From the NCBI GenBank assembly GCA_963771465.1, contig CAVYTU010000014.1:640001-704000 (forward strand): DNA of 64,000 nucleotides. Reading direction: 5' to 3'. This document shows positions 48,499 to 57,832 of the stretch, in pieces; within the stretch, counting starts at the first letter, position 1; every line of letters begins with the position of its first letter. This stretch comes from an uncultured delta proteobacterium. GTDB taxonomy: Bacteria; Desulfobacterota; Binatia; UBA9968. Position numbers and translations under genes: made by a program. A model generated the notes under the pieces. The model searched no databases, was not told where the DNA came from, and worked only from the letters and a program-made list of their open reading frames with translations.

Positions 48499-49068
48499 AT
48501 GGCGATGATTCAACCACTGAAAAAAGCGATGGTTGGTTTGCTTTTGCTACTCATGGCCGGCTGCGGCTCGTCAGTGGCGCTGTGGACTTATGGCGAGGTG
48601 CCGTTCGTACGCTCGACGCCGGAGGTAATCGACCGTATGCTTGAAATGGCGCAAGTTAAATCCGGCGACTTGATCTATGACATTGGCAGCGGCGATGGCG
48701 CGATCATTATCCGCGCGGCGAAGCAATACGGCGTGCGCGGCGTCGGTATTGAAATTGACGAAGATTTGGTCCTGCGCGCGCGCAGCAACGCTTTTCGGGA
48801 AAAAGTCGATCACTTGGTGGAATTCCGCGCTCAGGATGCCTTTACCGTGGATGTGTCGCCGGCAACGGTGGTGACGCTCTACATGCTGCCGGAATTCAAC
48901 GCCAAGCTCAGGCCAATATTAGAACGACAATTGAAACTCGGCACGCGCGTGGTGTCGCATGATTATCCGATCGCCGGTTGGGTGCCGGACCGCGTTGAAA
49001 ATGTCAAAGGCAACTTTGTCCATGACCATCAAGTCCTGCTCTTCGAAATACGCGAGCCGGCTCCATAG
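48499..49068 (+). CDS. Class I SAM-dependent methyltransferase with lipoprotein signal
   Basis: Lipobox MAGC, VPFV, YDIGSGDG, GIEID, ATVVTLYM, RVVSHDY. Confidence 0.85.
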   Translation: MAMIQPLKKAMVGLLLLLMAGCGSSVALWTYGEVPFVRSTPEVIDRMLEMAQVKSGDLIYDIGSGDGAIIIRAAKQYGVRGVGIEIDEDLVLRARSNAFREKVDHLVEFRAQDAFTVDVSPATVVTLYMLPEFNAKLRPILERQLKLGTRVVSHDYPIAGWVPDRVENVKGNFVHDHQVLLFEIREPAP

Positions 49069-49076
49069 TCGCGCGA

Positions 49077-50176
49077 TCAAAAGCCGGGCAAGCGGTAAAA
49101 CTTCGCCGGATTCGATTCTAAGATCTTCGTTTTCGCTGTCTCGCTGATATCTTTTCTATTCTGCAGCGTTTTGGCGGCGAACCGTTCACGGTCGCCGTGG
49201 GGCATGTCCGAGGCGAACAACTCCAACACTTGGGGCAGCAATATGTCTTCGACTTCCGAACTGAAATAGATGTTGCCTTTCTCGATGTATTCCTCAGGCG
49301 CGAGCTTTTGGATCGGTGCTGTCCGCGAGACGACGTTGGCGAGATTTTTTTCCGAATGCTCGAAACGGTGATGCAGTCGTTCCAATATAAAGTGCACCCA
49401 CAAACAGCCGGCTTCCAGGTAAACAACGGCCATGCTGGGGAAACGATCGAAGATGCCGCCGCTCATCATCGACACCATGCCCATGAGCACGGGCATTAAA
49501 AAAGCATGACGCCGGACGGATAGATATGCGTGTAGAGATTATTGAGCGACGGACAGGCCCAACCGACATGGACGGCAAGGGGCAGATTTTCGCTTGTCAC
49601 CGCTTCATAAAATGGCCATAGCAGCCGGTCGCCGGCGGTGCCGAGAATCATCATGCCGATAGCGCCGAGCCGTTTCGCTTCTTTGACTTGCTTCACTGCT
49701 GCGGGAATGTCGTCGAGATTGGCGACGCCAACCCATTTGAGCCGCTCTTGACCTGAGAGTACGTCGCCGAGCCAACGGTTGTAGGCGTCGCACATGGCGC
49801 TCGTGTAGGCCGGGTTGATGCTCAGCGGATAGGCGAGAAAGAGCGTGGGATAAAGTACCTGGAGCCAAATATTCTCCTCGTCCATGATCTGCAGACGTTC
49901 TTTCAAATGGGTCAACTCCATGCTGCCCAAAGTGTCGGGCTTGCGCTGCGCGTGGCGCACCGGCTTGCCTTGATAACTCGCCGGCGTGCCGAGATTGTTA
50001 CAGCCGCGGCCGACGCGGCGCGGAAAGAGCTGCTCATCGATCATCCAGTACGCCAATCCCTCTTCGGTTCCCGGCACCACTTGGGGGCGATGGGGGCGAA
50101 ACTGGGGGACAAAATATTTGTCGCTGAAAGTTAGCGGATTCTCTTCGACATGGCCGTCGGCATCGATGACACGCAT
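49077..50176 (-). pseudogene. Amidohydrolase_2 family pseudogene (1-bp deletion near 49505 plus two in-frame deletions)
   Basis: IDADGHV..., GVMLF-stop where GVIAFLMPV is restored by adding one base; YLEAG, FASDMPH. Confidence 0.8.
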
Positions 50177-50278
50177 AAAATCTCCAGCAAATTTGCCTGT
50201 GCGGTTCTTATAACAGGCAAACTTTGAGCTGCAACCTTCTTCGGGAGTGGAAATTCGCCAGCGGCTTAGCGGCGCTGC

Positions 50279-51286
50279 TCAACGATACAAGGCGTCGATG
50301 AAACCGCTCGACTGCATCTGGCGGACGAAAGAGTCGTCATAAAATCTTTTTGGCTCGGCATCCTTGGCTTTGGGAATTCGCCCAGCAAGATCGTCGAGCA
50401 CCGACTTCATCGCTTCAACCGTCGTGAGCGGCACGCGCAACATGTATTTTTGCACGTCGATGTCGTAGGCCTCGGCAAGCGCGTTGGGATTGGCGGTGCG
50501 CAGATATTTGCCCATGAACTTAAGCGCCAGATTCTTATCGCGCTTGGCGCGGGCGATCGCTTCGGTCTGCGCCATTATGTAGCGGCGCACTAGATCGGGG
50601 TCTTCCTTAATCAAACGGCCGCGCGTTGTCATGCCCGTAAATGCGTAGGGAATGCCCAGCGAGGCGACGTCCAGCAACGTGTGATGGCCGAGTTTCTTTG
50701 CCTGGGTGATCGCGGGATAAGAAAGAATGCCGGCCTGTATGCGATTGGTCTGCAAGGCGGTGACCATCGACTCCATGCCACCGACTTGGACGATGGCGAC
50801 TTCTTTTTCCGGCAGCAAACCGAAATGCTTGAGCGCGAGGCGCGCGCCGACGTCGATGGAAGTGCCGAAGCGCGTGATGCCGACGGACTTGCCTTTCAAA
50901 TGCTCGGACTTTTCAATTTCTGGACGCGCGATCAACTGCTGCACCAATGTATCGAGGGTCGTGCCGACGACGATGACATCGGCGCCGCCAAGCGCCGCGC
51001 TGGCGCTGGTACCGCCGGAGATCTGGAGAAACTGCACTTCGCCGGCGATCAGCGCGTTCATGCCTTCGACGCCGGTGGGTGTGGCGATGACCTCGACGTC
51101 CAAGCCGTGCTTGGCGAATATCCCGGTCTCGCGCGCCAACCAAGGCGGCATCATCGACGCGGATAGGGACGTAAACGCCATGCGCACTTTGCGCAGGTTG
51201 GCCGATTCGGCGGCGTTTGCGCGATACGTCGCCAGCTCGAATGCGCTCAGTATGAGAATAAGCAGAAATCCAAGCCGGCCTTGCAT
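50279..51286 (-). CDS. NitT/TauT-type ABC substrate-binding protein
   Basis: Signal peptide, GIFAKHGLDVE, LKGKSVGITRFGT; alternative start 51301. Confidence 0.85.
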   Translation of the reverse strand: MQGRLGFLLILILSAFELATYRANAAESANLRKVRMAFTSLSASMMPPWLARETGIFAKHGLDVEVIATPTGVEGMNALIAGEVQFLQISGGTSASAALGGADVIVVGTTLDTLVQQLIARPEIEKSEHLKGKSVGITRFGTSIDVGARLALKHFGLLPEKEVAIVQVGGMESMVTALQTNRIQAGILSYPAITQAKKLGHHTLLDVASLGIPYAFTGMTTRGRLIKEDPDLVRRYIMAQTEAIARAKRDKNLALKFMGKYLRTANPNALAEAYDIDVQKYMLRVPLTTVEAMKSVLDDLAGRIPKAKDAEPKRFYDDSFVRQMQSSGFIDALYR

Positions 51287-51287
51287 C

Positions 51288-52292
51288 TTACTGCCAGCCA
51301 TAAAAGCGCTTGGCGTTATCGCCTAAGACACGATTCTTCGCCTGCTCGGAGATGTCCTTGCGGCCGCGGATCGTCGCTGTGACATAGGGAAACATACCAT
51401 CCCAGTGCGGATAGTCGGAGGCGAAGACGATTTTGTCGTCGCCGATGCGTTCGATCACGTACGGCAAGGTTTCTTCTTCCGGTTCCATGGCGAAGAACCA
51501 GTTGCCCTGACTGATGTATTCACTGGGCTTGTGCTTGCAATACGGCGCTTCCACTTTGCCGCGCTTTTCCCATTCCTCATCCATCCGTTCCATCCAATAA
51601 GGCACCCAGCCGACACCGCATTCGAGAAATGAAACTCTCAGCTTGGGAAAACGCTCAGCGATGCCGCCGTACATCAGACCCGCGAACTGTATAAACGTTT
51701 CCACCGGCCGGCCGATGGTGTGCATGAAGATAAAACTGTCGAAACGCTTTTCTCCCGCCGGCCCTTCGCGCCGGTTGTGCACGCACAGCGGTGTGTTCAA
51801 ACGCTGGAGTTCTTCGTAGAGCGGCCAATAAATTTGCGAACCGAGATGATCTTTCATGCCCTGGGTCGCTACGGCGATGGCCGCTAGTCCAAGCTTGGTC
51901 ACAGCACGGTTGGCTTCCTCCACCGCGGCGGCCGGATCTTGCATCGGCAACAACGCAACGCCTTTTAACCGCGGGCTCTCTTTGCAAACGTTGGAGATAA
52001 AATCGTTGTACGCGCGGGCATAGGCGACCGCGTAGGCGCGCTCCATGAAGCCAGCCACCGCGAAGCTACTGGTGGGAAACAGCACCGACACGTCGATGCC
52101 CTCTTTGTCCATGTCCTTCAGCCGCGTCGGAATATCATTGCCCTCCATGCCGCCGACGCGCCCGCCCATGCCCGTGTCTAAACCATCCGACGGCAAGAGC
52201 GGCCCACCGCGCTTAGCGTAGGGTTCCGGCAAATATTTTCTGATATCGACATCTTTCTCGACAATATGACCATCGGCATCGATTGTGCTCAT
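51288..52292 (-). CDS. Amidohydrolase_2 family metalloenzyme
   Basis: IDADGHI, RLKDMDKEGID, FLECGVGWVP, FASDYPHWD. Confidence 0.92.
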   Translation of the reverse strand: MSTIDADGHIVEKDVDIRKYLPEPYAKRGGPLLPSDGLDTGMGGRVGGMEGNDIPTRLKDMDKEGIDVSVLFPTSSFAVAGFMERAYAVAYARAYNDFISNVCKESPRLKGVALLPMQDPAAAVEEANRAVTKLGLAAIAVATQGMKDHLGSQIYWPLYEELQRLNTPLCVHNRREGPAGEKRFDSFIFMHTIGRPVETFIQFAGLMYGGIAERFPKLRVSFLECGVGWVPYWMERMDEEWEKRGKVEAPYCKHKPSEYISQGNWFFAMEPEEETLPYVIERIGDDKIVFASDYPHWDGMFPYVTATIRGRKDISEQAKNRVLGDNAKRFYGWQ

Positions 52293-52551
52293 GACTCATC
52301 CTCCCGAGTAATTGTTGAAATTACTTGACGAATCGGAGAATAGTCGCACTGGCTGGATTCTGTCAATCGATGCAGTTTGCGATTCTCTTCGGGTGAATTC
52401 TACGAATTGACCCGCTCACCGCAGCAAGGTTCAATCGAATTTCTAACGGGTGAGCATTCCCGTGCGCGATACTTTTAATTGTTTTTTGGACGGCAAGTTG
52501 TGGCGATCGTGATCAATCGACACGCCATGGTTCCAGGGTGATCCGTTTGAG

Positions 52552-52725
52552 TTAAGACCGTCGAGTTGAGCGTCCTGCCAAAATTCCTAACGCAAGGAGG
52601 CTGATAAATATGCTATCGGTGATTCTACTACGCCGTTGTGCCGGTAGAACTCGTAAAGCCCAAAAGCCTATGATGATGCTCTCTGCCACGCCAAGCATAG
52701 TTTCTTCCTTATTGAACTCCGTCAT
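52552..52725 (-). CDS. Putative small membrane protein (57 aa; below ORF-track cutoff)
   Basis: Own translation MTEFNKEETMLGVAESIIIGFWALRVLPAQRRSRITDSIFISLLALGILAGRSTRRS; two hydrophobic segments; follows the upstream gene on the same strand. Confidence 0.35.
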   Translation of the reverse strand: MTEFNKEETMLGVAESIIIGFWALRVLPAQRRSRITDSIFISLLALGILAGRSTRRS

Positions 52726-52762
52726 CCGGGCACAGCCCTTTTTAATATTTAGTGATCCAGAC

Positions 52763-53134
52763 CTATAATTCCCCTGAGTTGCGGAAAGATATCGACGTTA
52801 GTAGCGCCTTCAACTCCTCGTCTTCGGGATTTACATATAGGCGCGTATTGGAGCTTTCCTGGTTGACCACGGCATAACCTGCGCGGTGTTCAAGCTCGCA
52901 GTCAGTTGCACTGCAAGTCGCAGCGAAAATAACTGCGGCCATGAGCTGTTCGTCGGGGTTGACAAAAATCATCGCGACGTAGCGCTCCGAGATACGCGTC
53001 AAGCTGCTGGGAAGCGGCGTGAAGTTATCGAGCAATTGCCAAGGATCCTGCGCTCCGAGACTGAGCGTGGGCATTAAACCGAGCGAGAGCGAAAGAATGA
53101 TTGCACGAAAATATTTTTTCCATCTCGATTTCAT
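52763..53134 (-). CDS. Hypothetical secreted protein
   Basis: SD AAGGAGG, signal peptide MKSRWKKYFRAIILSLSLGLMPTLSLGA, CxxxxC pair. Confidence 0.6.
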   Translation of the reverse strand: MKSRWKKYFRAIILSLSLGLMPTLSLGAQDPWQLLDNFTPLPSSLTRISERYVAMIFVNPDEQLMAAVIFAATCSATDCELEHRAGYAVVNQESSNTRLYVNPEDEELKALLTSISFRNSGEL

Positions 53135-53311
53135 GGGACCTCCTTGTGATCTATCGGGCACAGAATTCGGCATACCGACGAAAACGTTCGCCGCCACTTT
53201 GCTGTTCGCTTGAACGCAATTCCGCGTCAGCCGCTAGTTGACTAGGGTGATGGAATCTGACTATTGCCGTTACTTGTAAAAGAGTTATCGACGATGCGAC
53301 TTTTAAGGGCT

Positions 53312-53356
53312 TGTCTCATATGGGATATTTGAGCAAGCTCTGTACCACGTTGGACA
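53312..53356 (-). promoter_or_regulatory. Sigma-54-like box overlapping two TGT-N10-A(C/T)A palindromes
   Basis: Minus strand TGGTAC-AGAGC-TTGCT at 53332-53347; TGTCTCATATGGGATA and TGTACCACGTTGGACA. Confidence 0.4.
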
Positions 53357-53394
53357 GACTGAACCGAGCTACCGGTAATTAAAGCGAATTTGAA

Positions 53395-53598
53395 CTACCT
53401 TTCGGTTCTAACGATATTCTTCGTGTAGGCGATTTCCTGATAAACGACTGGGATTCGAAGGATTTTCTTACTGACTCTGATCCACGGACCATTCGGTGGT
53501 GTTATCGTGTAAACACCACCGATGATGGTCGCCAAGAACAGCGTAAATAATGATCCGCCAACGGCCCAGACAAATTTTTCAATCAGCTTCGCGTTCAC
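53395..53598 (-). CDS. Putative small single-TM protein
   Basis: 3' part of ORF 53395..53766 from GTG 53598: KFVWAVGGSLFTLFLATIIGGVYTI hydrophobic helix; no overlap with the upstream gene. Confidence 0.4.
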   Translation of the reverse strand: MNAKLIEKFVWAVGGSLFTLFLATIIGGVYTITPPNGPWIRVSKKILRIPVVYQEIAYTKNIVRTER

Positions 53599-53635
53599 AG
53601 GCGACGGCTTCACCGCTTGAATCGCGTCGGGGCAA

Positions 53636-53992
53636 TTAGTATTCACCGGTTTGACGCTGCAGGCGCTGAATATCCTGACGGTTACGATTGATCTCGGCCT
53701 GGTTGCGATTGATCTGCTGCTGTTGCTGATAGTTTGTATTCTCGTGACCCTGCAGCTGATCACCAATCAGTGCGCCGGCGCCGAGACCCAGCGCACCGCC
53801 GATCAAAGCGCCGGCTGCGGGACGCCGTACCGCCGCGCCGATGATGCCGCCGGCGGCAGCGCCGCCCAGGGCGCCGATGCCGGCGCCTTTCTCGCGTGTG
53901 CTTAGGGGACCCCCGGAGCAACCTGACAACAATAATATGCTGGCGATCGCCGTGACTCCGACTCCCTTAACAAATATTTTTTTCGTGACCAT
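53636..53992 (-). CDS. Glycine zipper lipoprotein
   Basis: Lipobox LSGC, REKGAGIGALGGAAAGGIIG..LIGGALGLGAGALIG, Gln-rich coiled-coil tail; SD GGAGG. Confidence 0.85.
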   Translation of the reverse strand: MVTKKIFVKGVGVTAIASILLLSGCSGGPLSTREKGAGIGALGGAAAGGIIGAAVRRPAAGALIGGALGLGAGALIGDQLQGHENTNYQQQQQINRNQAEINRNRQDIQRLQRQTGEY

Positions 53993-54017
53993 AATTCCTC
54001 CCCTTTTGCTCACCCCG

Positions 54018-54311
54018 TTAAAACTTTTTTTCCTTGTCGTCGTGCTTTGTTTTGGCCTGAGTGCGCTGGGTCGATCGCCTGCGTTGATCCTTCATGGCTT
54101 TTCGCTCCTCGGCGCGGATCCAACCCCGTTCTGGATCAGCCGACCATTGAGCGTTGCTGTTGGCCGCCGCTTTGCCGGCCATGTGCCCCATGGCCCGCCC
54201 GCCGTGATTGCCACCAGCGCCGTGCGCCTGAGCAGCTTCGCCGTGCGCGGGTAACCCGACAAGTAGGCAGCTGGCGATCATCGTCAATGCGGTGTAATTG
54301 GCGAACTTCAT
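54018..54311 (-). CDS. Small secreted low-complexity protein
   Basis: Signal peptide ending PAHG/EA, Gly/His/Ala-rich, NSNAQWSADPERGWIRAEER, basic tail. Confidence 0.6.
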   Translation of the reverse strand: MKFANYTALTMIASCLLVGLPAHGEAAQAHGAGGNHGGRAMGHMAGKAAANSNAQWSADPERGWIRAEERKAMKDQRRRSTQRTQAKTKHDDKEKKF

Positions 54312-54324
54312 ACAATTCGTTTGG

Positions 54325-54480
54325 TTAACGCTTGATAGTCTCTACGCTCGTGCCGGCAGTCTTATCGATCGCGAATGACGCATCGAGCGGCGCCAGTTTG
54401 ACTTTAGCGATGTTCTGATTGACACAGCGCGCCATCTCCGCCAAAAGCGCCATGATTGCCAGGCAGTTCGGTGCTTCCAT
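54325..54480 (-). CDS. Small hypothetical protein (51 aa)
   Basis: Strong SD AAGGAG before ATG 54480; first ORF after the sigma-54 promoter. Confidence 0.45.
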   Translation of the reverse strand: MEAPNCLAIMALLAEMARCVNQNIAKVKLAPLDASFAIDKTAGTSVETIKR

Positions 54481-54547
54481 GAATTTATTCTCCTTGGTTT
54501 TGGACTTTTTGCTTTTCCATCGCCAGATGCTTTGTGACAATTCTTAG

Positions 54548-54564
54548 AGCAACCCCAGTGCCAG
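54548..54564 (-). promoter_or_regulatory. Sigma-54 -24/-12 promoter
   Basis: Minus strand CTGGCAC-TGGGG-TTGCT, near-consensus; AT-rich IHF-like tract upstream. Confidence 0.8.
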
Positions 54565-54833
54565 ACTGAATTGCTGCGATTCTAAATAGTTACGCTCTTA
54601 CGTCGCAGACGACGACCGGTAAAAAAGTCGAGCGGGCGGGAGAAATTACGGGTAGTTATTACGACAGGTTGGTCGGTCGCGAATGGTCAATCGAATTGAC
54701 GTAAGCGTAAAATAAATCTCAATACGCTTGCGGCTAGGTTAAGCCCAAACGCTCACGTGGGATGACTAAACTGGAGATGAGAACATTTAATCAAGCGTTA
54801 CGTGAGCGGTGCAAGAACGATTTATGGGGCGCG

Positions 54834-56189
54834 TTATTCTTTTGAATAGAGTGCCAGCTTGGCGTTGAGAGTCTTGGGCGTGATGCCTAAGAGCTGCGCG
54901 GCTTGAGTTTTGTTGCCCGCCGTCGCGCCGAGGGCGCGTTCGATCGCTTGGCGCTCGGCTTCGGCGAGTGACATGGGCGCAAGATCGGAAACCTCTTGGA
55001 CTAAAGTTGAGAGACAATACTGCTTGAAATCGGCCGCGGTCAAATCCGGTCCTGTGGTTAAAACGGTGAGCCGCTCCATGGCATTCCGCAACTCGCGCAC
55101 GTTGCCGGGCCAATTATGGCCTTGGAGCGCCGGCGCAAAATCGCCGGCCCAGGTTAACTTCGGGTTTTGATATTTAGCCGCGAAGGATTCGAGAAAATAG
55201 CCGGCGAGAAGCGCGATGTCCTCACCGCGTTCCCGCAGCGGCGGCAGTTCGAGATGAAAAACATTCAAACGGTAAAAAAGATCTTGACGCAGCTTGCCAT
55301 CTTTGACGGCGCTTAACGGCTGGCGATTGGTCGCCGCCACCGCGCGCACCGAAACGGGGAAGTTCTTGTTGCCGCCGATGCGCCGCACCTGACCTTCTTC
55401 GAGCACGCGCAAAAATTTCGGCTGCACTTCGAGTGCCATCTCAGTGATCTCGTCGAGGAACAACGTGCCGCCGTCAGCTTGCTCGAAGCAGCCGAGATGG
55501 CGCTCGACTGCGCTGGTAAATGCGCCCTTCTCGTGGCCGAACAGTTCGCTTTCCATCAGCGTCGGCGAGATCGCCGAACAGTTGAGCGCGAGAAAGTTGC
55601 CGTCGCGCCGCGGCGAGAGATCGTGCAGCGTTTGCGCCACCAGTTCCTTGCCCGTGCCGCTCTCGCCGCTTATCAGTACAGCCGCGCTGGTAGCGGCGAT
55701 CTGGCCGATCTGCTGATAAAGCTTGCGCATGGGCACCGACTTGCCGATGAGCGAACCGTAGGAGCCCAGCGGCGATTCAAGTCTTTGGCGTAAAGCTCCG
55801 GCATCCCGGGCGAAGGAGACTTGCTTGAGCGCCTTTTCCAATACTTGGCGCAAGCGCTGCGGTTCCAATGGTTTCGGCAAATAATCGTAGGCACCGAGCT
55901 TGATCGCTTGCACCGCGGTGTCGATGGTGGCTTGGCCGGTGACAAAGATGATCGCGATCTGCTGCACGCGCGCGCCGAGAGCGGCGATAAATTCCAAACC
56001 GTTCATTTCCGGCATCAGCAAATCGGTGACGATGGCGTGGGGCAATTCTTTCTCGCAGGTGGCGAGCGCGGCCTTGCCATCGGCGGCTTCGCCCGCTTGA
56101 TAGCCCCAGCTCTCGAGCAGCGCGGTCAGACCTTGCCGCGTCGCCGCGTCGTCATCGACGATCAGCACGGGTGGGCGTGGACGAGCCAT
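54834..56189 (-). CDS. Sigma-54-dependent (NtrC/AtoC/ZraR family) response regulator
   Basis: REC (VDDD, TDLLMP), [37 protein letters not shown], Fis-type HTH. Confidence 0.95.
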   Translation of the reverse strand: MARPRPPVLIVDDDAATRQGLTALLESWGYQAGEAADGKAALATCEKELPHAIVTDLLMPEMNGLEFIAALGARVQQIAIIFVTGQATIDTAVQAIKLGAYDYLPKPLEPQRLRQVLEKALKQVSFARDAGALRQRLESPLGSYGSLIGKSVPMRKLYQQIGQIAATSAAVLISGESGTGKELVAQTLHDLSPRRDGNFLALNCSAISPTLMESELFGHEKGAFTSAVERHLGCFEQADGGTLFLDEITEMALEVQPKFLRVLEEGQVRRIGGNKNFPVSVRAVAATNRQPLSAVKDGKLRQDLFYRLNVFHLELPPLRERGEDIALLAGYFLESFAAKYQNPKLTWAGDFAPALQGHNWPGNVRELRNAMERLTVLTTGPDLTAADFKQYCLSTLVQEVSDLAPMSLAEAERQAIERALGATAGNKTQAAQLLGITPKTLNAKLALYSKE

Positions 56190-57731
56190 TTAGAAAGCCG
56201 CTTCCGTCGGCAAAGTCAGGCGAAAAGTGGCGCCGCTGCCATTGCCATTGCGATCTCGATAGACCAATGAACCGCCGTGGGACTCGATGATCAATTGACT
56301 GAGCGGCAAACCGATGCCGCTACCGCCGACCTTGGTCGTTTTGCCGAACTCAAACATCTCCGCGCGTCGTTCAGGCGGCACGCCCGGGCCGGCATCGCTG
56401 ATGTCGACGGTCAATTGATTGCCGACAGACTTCACCGCGACGTGAATCTCGCCGCCGTCGGGTTGCGCTTCCATGGCGTTACGGAGCAAATTATCGAAAG
56501 TTTGGCGCAGCCGCGTGGCGTCGCCTTGCAGTTGCCACGGGCCGGGCACGAGTTCTTTGCTGAGGTTGATTTTCTTCGCCGCGCAGGCCGAGCCGACGGC
56601 TTCCAAGCTGGTGTGCAGCACTTGGGCAACGTCGATCGATTTCCGTTCCATCGTCACCGGTGCGGAATAGTCGGTGAAGTCCTTGACCAAGCGGTCGACC
56701 TGGCGAATGCTCGAGTCGAGCGCGGCGATGGAGCGTTGCGATTGGTCATCGCTGCCATTCGTCTCATCTTCACCGCTGAGTTTGCCGCGCAGAACTTCCA
56801 AATGAATTGCCAATGCGTTAAGCGGCGTCTTCACTTCGTGGGCAAGCGTGCGGGCGGCGATCGCCAGTCTTTGCACCGGCGCGGGGAGGCCGACGTTTTT
56901 GCGCTGCTTCATGACCAAGCGGTCGATCAAGTCCAAACTGGCGCCGACTTCGTCATGGCTAGCGTATTGAGGCCGCGCCGCATAGGTTCCCGCTTCGGCT
57001 TGGCGCAAGGTGTCGCTGATCAATCGAAAGCGGCGCGTGTAAAGCGCCGTGGTTAGGAATGCCGCGATCAGCGCAACGCCGCCGCCAAGAACAAACAGCA
57101 AAGTGAGTTGGCGCCACAGACCGGCGAGCAGACCGGTCCAGTCGGCGGGATTGACCCACAGGCGCAGGCCGCCGGGGCCGCGCACGCCCTTGGGCATCTG
57201 CAAGGGCACCCAGATATCATAGGCCGTGCCCTTGCCCTGGGGCTTCGAATCAATGATCGTCTCGCCGCTCCGAAGCTTGTCCATGATAATCTCGCTGACC
57301 GGCTTATAGTTTCGCTCACCTGGCACTGATGTATAGAGTAAAGCGCCCTCGGCATTGACCACCCACATCGCTTCGATACTGGCGCTGCGGTCGACGAACG
57401 CCTGCATCAGTCCTCTGACTTCGGTTTGGCGCGACGGCGTGTAGCGGGTGACGGCCGGTTCAGGATCGCTACGATTGGGAAAGACATTGCCGAGAAAACT
57501 CCAGAAAGAAGCCGAACTGCGCTGCGTCCCTTGAGGCTGGACGACAATGGAGCGCTCGCGCAAGCTGTCGGCGAGGGCGATCTCGACCTGGCGCGCCATT
57601 AAGAGCGCGGTTTGCAGGGTCGCTTCGGTGGTGAGGCGCTGAGCGATCAGCCAGATGCCGGCGCCGAGGATGCCGAAGATAAGCAATACGGTGGCGCAAA
57701 AAACCGCGACTTGTTGCTGGCGCAGGCTCAT
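56190..57731 (-). CDS. Membrane sensor histidine kinase
   Basis: Two TM segments flanking a periplasmic domain, HAMP-like linker, LAHEVKTPL, NLLRNAMEA, DAGPG, GSGIGL. Confidence 0.92.
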   Translation of the reverse strand: MSLRQQQVAVFCATVLLIFGILGAGIWLIAQRLTTEATLQTALLMARQVEIALADSLRERSIVVQPQGTQRSSASFWSFLGNVFPNRSDPEPAVTRYTPSRQTEVRGLMQAFVDRSASIEAMWVVNAEGALLYTSVPGERNYKPVSEIIMDKLRSGETIIDSKPQGKGTAYDIWVPLQMPKGVRGPGGLRLWVNPADWTGLLAGLWRQLTLLFVLGGGVALIAAFLTTALYTRRFRLISDTLRQAEAGTYAARPQYASHDEVGASLDLIDRLVMKQRKNVGLPAPVQRLAIAARTLAHEVKTPLNALAIHLEVLRGKLSGEDETNGSDDQSQRSIAALDSSIRQVDRLVKDFTDYSAPVTMERKSIDVAQVLHTSLEAVGSACAAKKINLSKELVPGPWQLQGDATRLRQTFDNLLRNAMEAQPDGGEIHVAVKSVGNQLTVDISDAGPGVPPERRAEMFEFGKTTKVGGSGIGLPLSQLIIESHGGSLVYRDRNGNGSGATFRLTLPTEAAF

Positions 57732-57832
57732 GGGCGCATAGGATAGCAGATCGGCAATTTGCCGGCAAAGTTAGGATTTTCCGCCAGAGGAGCTGGGTTG
57801 AACCCCCTATCCCTTTGTTGCATAGTTGATTT

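Noticed and set aside
53215-53231. Sigma-54-like CTGACGCGGAATTGCG on the minus strand
   Set aside because: Lacks the invariant GG at correct spacing
56277-57056. 259-aa plus-strand ORF
   Set aside because: Antisense shadow of the histidine kinase
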